A DNA stretch of 64,000 nucleotides from Octopus vulgaris. Lineage: Eukaryota. Location of the stretch: NCBI GenBank assembly GCA_951406725.2, contig OX597815.1:140244001-140308000 (forward strand). The letters run 5' to 3'. Each line of letters begins with the position of its first letter. Within the stretch, counting starts at the first letter, position 1. The position numbers were made by a program, and so were the translations under genes. Shown here piece after piece: positions 53,681 through 64,000 of the stretch. Below the pieces are notes generated by a model that ran no database searches, was not told the DNA's origin, and saw only the letters and a program-made list of their open reading frames with translations.

Positions 53681-54112
53681 ATCTTCTTCTTCTTCTTCTT
53701 CTTCTTCTTCTTCTTCTTCTTCTTCTTCTTCTTCTTCTTCTTCTTCTTCTTCTTCTTCTTCTTCTTCTTCTTCTTCTTCTTCTTCTTCTTCTTCTTCTTC
53801 TTCTTCTTCTCTTCCTCCTCCTCCTCCTCCTCCTCCTCCTCCTCCTCCTCCTCTTCTTCTTCTTCTTCTTCTTCTTCTTCTTCTTCCTCCTTCTCCTCCT
53901 CCTCCTCCTCCTCCTCCTCCTCTACCTTCTTCTTCTTCTTCTCTTTCTTCTTCTTCTTCTTCTTCTTCTTCTCTTCCTCCTTCTCCTCCTTCTCCTCCTC
54001 CTCCACCTTCTTCTTCTTCTTCTTCTTCTTCTTCTTCTTCTCTTCCTCCTTCTCCTCCTTCTCCTCCTCCTCCACCTTCTTCTTCTTTTCTTCTTCTTCT
54101 TCTTCTTCTTCT
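53681..54112. repeat. (TTC)n/(TCC)n polypyrimidine tract
   Basis: About 430 bp, almost entirely C/T on the + strand. Confidence 0.95.
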
Positions 54113-54737
54113 CATTGTTGCTGTTGTTATTGTTTTTGTTGTTGTTGTTGTTATTGTTGTTGTTATTATTATCATTACTATTATTATTACTATTATTATT
54201 TTCGTATGTTTTGAACAATTTCACGCGAGCATCTACTGCAGCACTAATTGCACTCGTTATGAAAATATGCTTCAAGGCCGTCTCGGAGAGTGGCAAACCA
54301 ATAAGAACCAGTGATAGCTTGTTAGATAAACAAACAGAGATAAGAGAATAATATTACTGCGAACAATATTTACAGATGCTTCGGAAATAATGAACTTGAC
54401 AGATTACACTCTCGTAAATGAAAGGAAAGGTTAAAACGGAATCATATATAGGTATCAAGTTAATACTTTAGCGTGAGTGAAATGCCAAACGAAACGATAG
54501 TAGGTGTCAATAAGGTACAGTTACAATACTTTAAGCTGAAGTTAATGGAATTAACAAAACTTGAGAGGAGACAATGGAAATAGTGACGGTATTTAGTATG
54601 CACTTTAAATACCGATATTGAAATATTATCTTTCGTGCGGATACACTTAACACCAATTAGAAAGCAATTATAAAATATCTACCATAGGACTACAAATGTA
54701 TCTGGAAGAGAATGAAAGATTAGTACAAATAGCTATT

Positions 54738-54799
<62 letters not shown>

Positions 54800-54892
54800 T
54801 GCGTGTATATATATATATACATTATATACACATGTGTGTAATATATGTTTATATACGTATGCATATGTATGCATGTAATATATATATGTAGT

Positions 54893-55095
54893 TAATCCAA
54901 ACATGAAAACACAAAGAGAAAACACAACAACGTGAGAACGTGGAACAAGTATAGTGTTATTGGACGCTCAGGAAAGGAACGAAAGAAGGAGGATTTAACG
55001 TTTCGAGCGGAGCTCTTCGTCAGAAACGTAGGAAGAGGAAAGATCCAAGGAAGGGAAGACGGAAGAAAAATCATCAACGGTACACACGCGGTCAC
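54893..55095 (-). mobile_element. Penelope-like terminal repeat (same family as 49635-49832)
   Basis: Reverse-complement homology to 49635-49832; (TA)n flanks. Confidence 0.75.
54993..55027 (-). ncRNA. Minimal type I hammerhead ribozyme, canonical core
   Basis: Reverse complement: GTTT|CTGACGA|A-GAGC-TCC-GCTC|GAAA|CG|TT|AAAT. Confidence 0.7.
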
Positions 55096-55112
55096 ATATA
55101 TGTATATGCATA

Positions 55113-55154
<42 letters not shown>

Positions 55155-55166
55155 TATGAATGTATG

Positions 55167-55214
<48 letters not shown>

Positions 55215-55224
55215 ATATATATAT

Positions 55225-55407
55225 AGATTGCTAGGCACTACACATTCTTTATGTTCTCTCCTTGTTTCTTTCTGTGTTCCTTTCTGTGGAAGAGCGTAGG
55301 CTCGAAAAGTTAAAGACTTTTGCACTTCCCGAGCGTTATAATAATACATCTGTTTGTTATCTGCACTACTTGGCTTCGACTTTTGTTTTTTTTGTGAATT
55401 CACCCAT
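55225..55407 (+). mobile_element. Third copy of the 23.6-kb terminal-repeat family (A6U hammerhead at 55280-55315)
   Basis: CTTT|CTGTGGA|A-GAGC-GTAG-GCTC|GAAA|AG|TT|AAAG; flanks match 23791-23965 in reverse complement. Confidence 0.75.
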
Positions 55408-56289
55408 TATATATATATACACACACCTATGTATGCGTGAATGTAATATATATATTTGGTATTCGAGTACTATTTGTTTTGCACCTTATTTTGCATTCAT
55501 GTGCTTCGTCGTGTATATATACATGTGTGTATATCCGAAGTAAACCGGGTGATAATACCATGTTGGTCTCAAGAAGACTTACAGGGTGAGTCCGCGTAAA
55601 CTTTAGATATATGGTATAAATACAATAAGCAGTTAACAGACAATAGAAAATGAACATGGTTTAACAGTTACTGTGTTAGCTTAAGCATTTAATGGAAAGT
55701 GAAAGTGTGTTACTCTTTTGGATCTTAGACCGCTTGTTCAACGTCTGAAACGTTGAGGCACTTTGTCTTCCCATTAAAGCGTTAAGCCAATATCATTTCT
55801 CGTTCAAACCTTGTCCCCGTAATATCATCTTTTCTATTATATATTGTATTTACACATTGCACCCACACACATGCACGCACGCACATGCACGCACGCACAC
55901 CCATTCCCACATTTATATAGCATGAAAAACACAAAGGACGTGGACACTTATACACACAAACACATATATGTTCCCACACACGGACAGTACAAACTATGTC
56001 TGGCAGCAAGTATGAACCACCACTAAACTATTTGAAACAGTTAAGCAAGTGGTCAAATGTATCCTCTTACGTGTATTCGTTCAGACTACTTACACAACCA
56101 AATCTAATAATCTAAGTTCTCTAAAACGGTTTATATGTACCTGTAGCAGCAGAGATGAAAACGCTAACTCTATCGATTGAATGAAATGACCTGCTTTTCA
56201 CTGTCTCAAATACCCAACACATTAAAATTTTCTCTTTTACCTTCTATCGCAATTCCTGTAAGATTACCACCAGTCAAACGAAATTTACC

Positions 56290-56710
56290 CCTGTGTGGTA
56301 AGAAGCTTGCTGCCCAACCACATAGTTCCGGGTTCAGTTCCATTACGTGTCACTTTGGGCAAGTGTCTTTTACTTATTGTAAAAGACACTTGCTTCGGGC
56401 CTTGTGTGTGGATTTGGTAGACAAAAACGGAAAGACGCCTGTTGTATGTATATATGTATATATATATATATATCTGCATGTGTGTATGTGTCTTTGTGTC
56501 TGGTGTCCCCACCACAACTTGACAACTAGTGCTAGGTGTTTACGTTCCTGTAACCTAGCGGTTCACCAAAAGGAACCGATGGAATAAATACCAAGCTAAA
56601 AAAAAAGAAGAGTCCTATGGTCGATTTTTTCGATTAAGACCTTTAAGGTGGTGCTGCAGCATGGCCGCAGTCAAATGATTGAAACTAGCAAAAAATAAAA
56701 GATAAAAGAT
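56290..56710 (+). mobile_element. SINE family B, diverged
   Basis: CTGTGTGGTAAGAAGCTTGC...GGATTTGGTAGAC...GCATGGCCGCAGTCAAATGA. Confidence 0.8.
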
Positions 56711-57602
56711 AGTTTGCATTCTCTTCGTACATTATTAGAAAATACAACCATTTTTTACTGGTTGAAAAGATCTGCTCCGGTTTTACATAAATCTCCTACT
56801 ATCAACTCCTCCACCATGCAGATTTCATAAACGATACTCACGCGAAAAGACAGTGAGCAACTGCTACATTCCGCTCCACATTACCGCATAATCAGAAAAA
56901 AAAATCATAAAACCTTCCCATCCTCATTTCACCAGCCTCACCATAAAAATAGACATACTCACAAAATGTGAACATAGTTCCGGTAACAACAATGCAAGAA
57001 GCCTTTCAACAGCTAAATGGAACGGAGGTTAATTCTAGATGCACTGTCTCGCAGATTATTGCTCTCAGACAATGCATCCACAACTATCCCCCATCACCAT
57101 CAAATTCTCTAATTGTTCTTTCTGTCTAGAAGAATCAGTCTTATTTCAGAAATATGCTAATGTCGGCATGCACAAAAATGGAAGCTTCTCTCACCTTACC
57201 CACTGATGACCTAACACCATGCGTTATTCAGTAGCTGTCGATTTACTAATGTTCAAGAAGAGAAACAGCATTAATCTTACCATTAGTGTGAGATGGGGTG
57301 GTAGCTGAACATTTTATGGATATAACCCATTCTTCCTAATTAAAACCATTAAAAATTGAAATTCTGATTGATTTCTTTCACTTACAATTCCCTCTCCGTT
57401 AGTGACCATCATTAATGGCTTCTCAGTCATTGTAAAGACACATTATATAAAACAATAAGCATTAGAGAGTTGTCGGTTATGCTCACTGGGTAATAAGCCA
57501 TAAGTCAATACACTGCCGATGAAAGTGAGATCAAGTAATGTACACATATATTATAACGTGTATAAGCATGTATTAAAACCGAATATATACCTCAGTAAGT
57601 GA

Positions 57603-57900
57603 AGACGCGTGGCTCAGTGGTTAGGGTATTCAGCTCACGATCACTAGATCGTGAATTCAATTCCTGGCGACGCAGTTGTGTCCTTGAGCAAGACACTTTA
57701 TTTCACGTTGCTCCAGTTCACTCAGCTGGCAAAAATGAGTAGTATCTGTATTTGGAAGGCCCCGACTTGCCACACTCTGTGTCGTGTTGAATCTCCCTGA
57801 GAACCATGTTAAGAGAACTACACGTGTCTGTGGGGTGCCCCACCTCATGCACGTTGATTTCAAGAGCAGGCTGTTTCGTTGATCGGATCAACTGGAATCC
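57603..57900 (+). mobile_element. tRNA-derived SINE family C (CORE-like)
   Basis: A box TGGCTCAGTGG, B-box-like GAATTCAATTCC, then GTGTCCTTGAGCAAGACACTTT. Confidence 0.75.
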
Positions 57901-58336
57901 TCAGTAGCATATCCCTGACCGTGTTTCTGCTTCCAGTAACGTGTGGCACCATACTGTAACCAGTGTTAACATATACATGCTTCTATATGCCCTAACCTAG
58001 TCGAGGGAGCGTTCATTCTGCAGCATAATACTATGGACTTACTTCAATTCAACTACGAACGGCGCATGTAAACCCTATCTTCATATTTTATATATTATTT
58101 GCAAAGCCGAGGTAACTTTTCTTATTTATATTATTTACATTATTTACATTCGACAGATATTTGTCCTCATCATGATTGTTGTTAACACAACGTTTCGGCT
58201 GATATACTCTCCAGCCTTTTTCAAGTGTCTTGGAGAAATTTCGAACCTGGGTTCTCATTCCTAAGGAATTTTTCGATGTTATTATTATTATTATAGTTGT
58301 TGTTGTTGTTCAGGTCATTGCTTGGAATAATAATGA

Positions 58337-58414
<78 letters not shown>

Positions 58415-58415
<1 letters not shown>

Positions 58416-60588
58416 GATATCGCAAAGGCTGAACAGATATCGCAAAGGCTGAACATAAGATATCGCAAAGGCTGAACAAGCACCTGGACGAAAACAAACT
58501 GTTCCCAGAAGAGCAGAAAGGATGCCGCAAGGGCTCATATGGCTGTAAAGATCAACTAATGATTAATAAAGCCGTAACTGAAGACAGCCACAGAAAGAAG
58601 AAAGGCCTCAGTATGGCCTGGATTGACTACAAAAAGGCGTTTGATAGCATCCCCCACACATGGATCCTCGAAACACTAGCCATTAACAAAGTAGCACCAA
58701 CAATCATAAAATTCATAGAGCACTCTATGAATAAATGGCAAACAGTCCTACACCTCCAAACGAAAGAGGGACTCATGAAAACCAAAGACATCCCCATTAG
58801 AAGAGGAATATTCCAGGGAGACGCGCTCTCTCCACTCCTTTTCTGCTTGGCACTGTCACCTCTATCTGATATGCTAAATAGAACTGGATGCGGATATAAA
58901 TGTTACGGCAAAACGATCAGCCACCTTTTATATATGGATGACCTAAAACTATACGCTGCAAATGACAAACAGCTGGAAACACTATTAAAGACAGTTCATG
59001 GATTTACCAAAGAAATAGATATGAAATTTGGATTAGAAAAATGCGCCAAAGTAACCATGAAAAGAGGAAAACTAGTTAAGAGTAACAACATCACACTAGA
59101 TAAAACCAATGAAATAAAAGAATTAGACCAAAGCCAAACTTACAAATACTTAGGAATCCATGAACTAGATAAGACACAACACACACAAATGAAAGAGAAA
59201 ATAAAAAAAGAATATTATAGACGAGTTAGATCAATACTAAAAACAGAGCTCAATGCTAAAAACAAGATATTAGGTATCAACACTTTAGCTGTCCCAGTTA
59301 TAAGTTACAGCTACAATATCCTTAACTGGACACGAAATGAACTATCCAAAATAGATAGGAAAACAAGAAAAATACTGACAGGATCTAGGATGCATCACCC
59401 AAAATCTGACATAGAAAGACTATATATACAACGTATAGAAGGTGGTAGAGGCCTTATACAGCTGGAAAACTACTATAAAATAACCACCATAGGACTGCAA
59501 AAATACCTACTTCAAAAGGAAGGAAAACTGATCCAGATAGCAGCAAAACACGAGCAAAACAAAAAACTGCTCTCAGTATTTAAGGAAGCTGACAAATACA
59601 AACAAGAAATCATACCACCTAATAAACACAAAGAAGAAGAAGAAGATGATGAAGAAACAACAAAAGCTATAAAACAAATGAAATCCAAACTAAAAATAGA
59701 ACAGCAACGAGCCATGATAAAACGATGGCAAGAAAAGCCCCTTCATGGTAAATACTGGACTAAACTAAACGCAAAAGAAATAGACAAAGAAAAATCCCAG
59801 CAATGGTTGAGAAGCTCAGGACTCAAAGCAGAAACTGAGGGATTTTTAATTGCAGCACAAGACCAAAGCCTCCCCACCAGAAATTACCAAAAACATGTAA
59901 TGAAAAGAAATATTACAAGTAACTGCAGAATATGTGGAGATGGACAAGAAACAATAAATCATATTATCTCTAGCTGCCCAGTCCTGGCTAAGAAGGAATA
60001 TATTCACAGACATGACAGAGTTGGAACCTACATACACTGGAAGCTATGCCAATATTATGGAATAACAACAGAAAAAAGATGGTATAGGCACACACCAGAA
60101 AAGGTCACAGAAAACGAGAAAGCAACCATACTCTGGGATATGCCGATACACACAGATAGAGAAATTAAGGCCAACAGACCAGATATAGTTGTCAGAGATC
60201 ATGAAGAAAAAAAATGCTTTCTAATTGATGTATCAATACCGGTAGATGACAACGTGTCTCTAAAAGAAATGGAGAAACTTTCAAAATACAAAGACCTGGA
60301 AATAGAGGTAACTAGAATGTGGAACCTGAAAACAGAAACAATTCCTATCATAGTAGGTGCATTAGGTATGATAAAAAAAATATTCAGACAAATACATAAC
60401 AAAAACACCAGGACTTACAAACACATATAACATACAGAAAATTGCACTACTAGGCACTGCACACATCCTACGCAGAACACTTTCCATACAATAACCATCA
60501 GAGCATCACAACAAATCACAGCACATACCCAAGGCACACAGAGCTGCGCTCGGTAGTGAAGTGAAAGCACGCTATAAAAATAAAACTA

Positions 60589-60591
<3 letters not shown>
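58415..60591 (+). mobile_element. 5'-truncated R4/Dong-clade RLE non-LTR retrotransposon in (TAA)n
   Basis: RT, CCHC and restriction-like endonuclease, a short 3'UTR, and (AAT)n on both sides, consistent with the known TAA-repeat specificity of Dong. Confidence 0.9.
58559..60430 (+). CDS. RT + restriction-like endonuclease of the Dong-like LINE (true frame extends about 58460-60494)
   Basis: WIDYKKAFDSIPH, GIFQGDALSP, LYMDDLKL, CRICGDGQETINHIISSC, RHD, NRPDIVV...LIDVSIP...EKLSKY. Upstream in-frame EQKGCRKGSYGCKDQL. An extra A in the A8 run (60373-60380) shifts off the ...QKIALLGTAHILRRTLSIQ* C-terminus. Confidence 0.92.
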   Translation: MINKAVTEDSHRKKKGLSMAWIDYKKAFDSIPHTWILETLAINKVAPTIIKFIEHSMNKWQTVLHLQTKEGLMKTKDIPIRRGIFQGDALSPLLFCLALSPLSDMLNRTGCGYKCYGKTISHLLYMDDLKLYAANDKQLETLLKTVHGFTKEIDMKFGLEKCAKVTMKRGKLVKSNNITLDKTNEIKELDQSQTYKYLGIHELDKTQHTQMKEKIKKEYYRRVRSILKTELNAKNKILGINTLAVPVISYSYNILNWTRNELSKIDRKTRKILTGSRMHHPKSDIERLYIQRIEGGRGLIQLENYYKITTIGLQKYLLQKEGKLIQIAAKHEQNKKLLSVFKEADKYKQEIIPPNKHKEEEEDDEETTKAIKQMKSKLKIEQQRAMIKRWQEKPLHGKYWTKLNAKEIDKEKSQQWLRSSGLKAETEGFLIAAQDQSLPTRNYQKHVMKRNITSNCRICGDGQETINHIISSCPVLAKKEYIHRHDRVGTYIHWKLCQYYGITTEKRWYRHTPEKVTENEKATILWDMPIHTDREIKANRPDIVVRDHEEKKCFLIDVSIPVDDNVSLKEMEKLSKYKDLEIEVTRMWNLKTETIPIIVGALGMIKKIFRQIHNKNTRTYKHI

Positions 60592-60683
<92 letters not shown>

Positions 60684-61894
60684 CAACAACTTCGAAAAAT
60701 ACCTTAGGAATGAGAACCCAGGTTCGAAATTTCGCCGACACATGAAGAAGGCTGGAGGCTATATCAGCCGAAACGTTGCGGTAACAACAAACAAGATGAG
60801 GACAAATATCCGTCAAATGTAAATAATGGACATAATTCCTCATCTCTTAAATATAGAACTAAAGAGGTAACTTTTCTTCTTGTCCACTCTTGCATTTTTT
60901 CAAATATAACCATCAAGGAATTTTAAAGAAAACAATACATAAACCTGTATTATCAAATGAAGTTTTATCTATCAGAACCGTATGGTAGCAGTCGAGGGAG
61001 ATACGGAAGCTATTCTAGCTGGGTGAGCGTTCACATACAGGCCTTTCTGCTGGCTCGATATGAAGAATCATAGATTCGAAAGATACACTAGTAAGATACA
61101 TAATCTCATATAACACATAAACCAATACCATTCCCGTTTCAGGAACCATTTCTCAATCGATGACACTAAATTCAAAGATATGTTTTTTTCTGAGAACCTG
61201 ATCAAACATTTACTGTAATTATGTACGTTGGAGAAAACAGATTAATATTGGTTTATGATCCGGAAATTCAGTTAATGTTTATAGAGAAATCATCTGGACT
61301 TTGTGCGGATCAATTGAAATACATATTCAATGTTGTAAATATAAAGAGATGGGCTCGTCTGTGTAGGCTCTGGCAAAACTGCCGTATCACACGCTAAGGT
61401 ATAATTGCATTAGGACGTATAATATATATATGCGTATGTGTTAAAATTTACATGACTATAGGAATAGATATCTATACGCACGTATGCATATTATGCAAAA
61501 CACCCACGCACACACACACACGTATGTATGTATGTATGTATGTATGTATGTATGTATGTATGTATGTATGTATGTATGTATGTATGTATGTATGCATGTA
61601 TGTATGTATGTATGCTTGTATGCATGCTTGTATATATGTATGTATGTATAAGTATCCTTTATATATATGTACAAAAGATGTATTTCTATCTCTTCTCATT
61701 ATCCAGTCTGTCATCCTCTCTCGCTATATCTATCTTCCTTTTTTATATATGTGTGTGTCTGCGTATAAATGCATATATAAATGTTTATGCATATATATAT
61801 ATATATATATGTATTTATAAATGTATATAACTATATGTAAATATATAGGTATTTTTATGTGTGTGTGTGTATAGTCTCTGTCTGTCTGTCTGTC

Positions 61895-61954
<60 letters not shown>

Positions 61955-63149
61955 CATATCTATCAATCTAGCCTTATATCTATGTACCTGGCAATGAAAA
62001 TCCATACAATATTTCAAAAATAAAGTGGAAGAAATGTACAAATTACAAAGTTGTTTGAAATAACTTGGTATGGTGATAGTAAGTACTACGGTGATAGTGA
62101 TGATAATGGTAATAACGGTGATATTAGTGATGATATGCTGGGAGCTATGATACTGGTGGCGTGGCAGTATTGATCATGTTGATGATAAGTGTAGTTGGTG
62201 GTGGTGGCGATGATTGCGGCAGTGGCGCTGGCGATGGAAACGGTGGCGGTGGTGGTGGTGGTAGTGTTGGTAGTGACTGTGGTGTTGTTGGTACTGGTGT
62301 AACTGGCATGTTTGGCAATAATGAGAAAAAGAACAGTAACAGATTACTACAGTAGCGTCGCCATCAAAAGAACAAACAGTGAAACGTTGTTAAAACTAAT
62401 AACAATAATAACAGCTGCCACAACAACTACAACAATAACTGAAACAGCCGTTACAACTGCATGGACAACAACAACACCAATATTAATAGAAGAACAATAA
62501 CAACAACTCAGTAAGTAATAACAACAACAACAACAACAACAACAAATAATAATGATAATAATAATAATAATAGCAACAAAACAAAAAACAATGCTGACAT
62601 ACACGAATATTAATGGTGTAACAGCAACATATAATATTAAAAATAAAAAACAATATTAACAATAAGTAAAACAAAATGCACCAACAACAACAGCAGGAAA
62701 AAATGTGAAATAAAATGAACAAAATCAAAGAATAACGTCCAATAAAAATGAAACAGTTCCCCAGAGAAAAGGAAGAGAATTGACCATTGTTTTCAATCAA
62801 TATTTTCATCAATAAGATTATAACATATAATGTTTGTTGATAAATTTATAAGCTATAAATTTGGTCGTTCCATTTAGGTTTTGTCATGCAAAACTATTAT
62901 ATTAGTTCACTTATTACTTTATATGCTCTGATTGTTTTCATTACTGTCCAATTTTTTTATTGCTTCCATATAACGTGTTTTGCCTCAATAAAAATTGGTA
63001 TTGGATATTGAATTAAATTATTTTATCAATAATAGATAGAAATTTTTATTTGCACAAACATACTCGTATATCAATGTACATATATTTACATATGTACATA
63101 CCTACACAGATATATACATATGCATAAACATATATTTGTACATATTTAA

Positions 63150-63205
<56 letters not shown>

Positions 63206-63327
63206 ATGTATGCATGTACTTATGTGTATGTATGTATGCATGTATATATGTATATGTATGTATGCCTGCATGTGTATTATATATATGTAAGCGTATATGC
63301 ATGTATGCATACATGTACACACACACA

Positions 63328-63366
<39 letters not shown>

Positions 63367-64000
63367 TATACCGCACACACGCATATGTGAGCAGTTTAGA
63401 TAATTTCGATTTTGAGCCAGCGAGTTGTTTCTGATAGACACCTACATCAAGAGATTGTAAGCAAAAAGAAAAAAAAATACAAAAAAAAACTACAATAAAC
63501 AACAGCAACAAAAGCATATAAAGGTTTATAGTTTATTCATGTTGTTTGTATCTGTTTTAGATAGGAATATTTAAACATGAATTCAAAGCAAAACATTAAT
63601 AAGTAAAAAGAAGATAATTTTTGTGACCGACTACGCTAGGGATCGAACTAAATATCCTTTCGATTTAGGTCGAAAACTTTCGAAGTTTAGAAAGGAATAA
63701 AACTATTAGTTTATAGATTTTTTATTCTACCTGTATTAATATGGCAATCTATTATATTCATATAGCTGTGTCTTCAGACAGTTCTGAAATTCTTTATCCA
63801 TGGTTCATTAATTTTGTTTTTAATATATCACGCCGCTTGTGTAATTTTACAGTTCTTATGACAAACATCTAAAAGCCATGTTAGTCTGTTTTCTTATATT
63901 GCTTCTTTTTTTCTTTTAGAATTTCATTTTAAGAATTTCATTCTTAATGACCTGACGGTCTGACAATTCTTTGTCGCTTTTTAAAGATAAATACACTCTA

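Larger units (their letters stand above)
58124..60863 (+). mobile_element. Palindromic hammerhead-tailed element (copy 2) with a 15-bp TSD, hosting the Dong-like LINE
   Basis: About 58124-58320 is the inverted counterpart of 58333-58340 plus about 60680-60860. TSD GAGGTAACTTTTCTT at 58109-58123 and 60864-60878. Decayed hammerheads at 58184-58229 (-) and 60737-60782 (+). Confidence 0.85.

Noticed and set aside
53556-54314. 252-aa S/P-rich ORF and its antisense E/K/R-rich ORFs
   Set aside because: Derived entirely from (TTC)n/(TCC)n.
58415-58477. CRISPR-like array
   Set aside because: No unique spacers, eukaryotic context, and the repeat is LINE coding sequence.

Overview
AT-rich, microsatellite-saturated eukaryotic DNA made almost entirely of nested transposable elements. 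The SINE families and microsatellite load resemble cephalopod (Octopus-like) genomes; this is an inference from memory, not a search. No host protein-coding gene can be supported, and most ORF-track entries are microsatellite artefacts. Main contents: (1) the 3' 4.3 kb of a young Helitron whose Rep-PIF1 helicase frame is broken by one in-frame TGA, plus a 364-bp non-autonomous Helitron; (2) a 5'-truncated R4/Dong-type RLE LINE in (TAA)n, with further Dong-like 3' fragments; (3) a Tx1/L1-type 3' end in (TATC)n; (4) decayed HERO, RTE, CR1-group, Penelope-like (GIY-YIG and Naiad-like RT) and Chapaev3 remnants; (5) many tRNA-derived SINEs. The most striking signal is at the RNA level: about 12 intact or decayed minimal hammerhead ribozyme motifs from at least five families. 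These include a family with an A6U core variant and a tRNA-headed, hammerhead-tailed element that occurs twice as a palindrome flanked by a target-site duplication.
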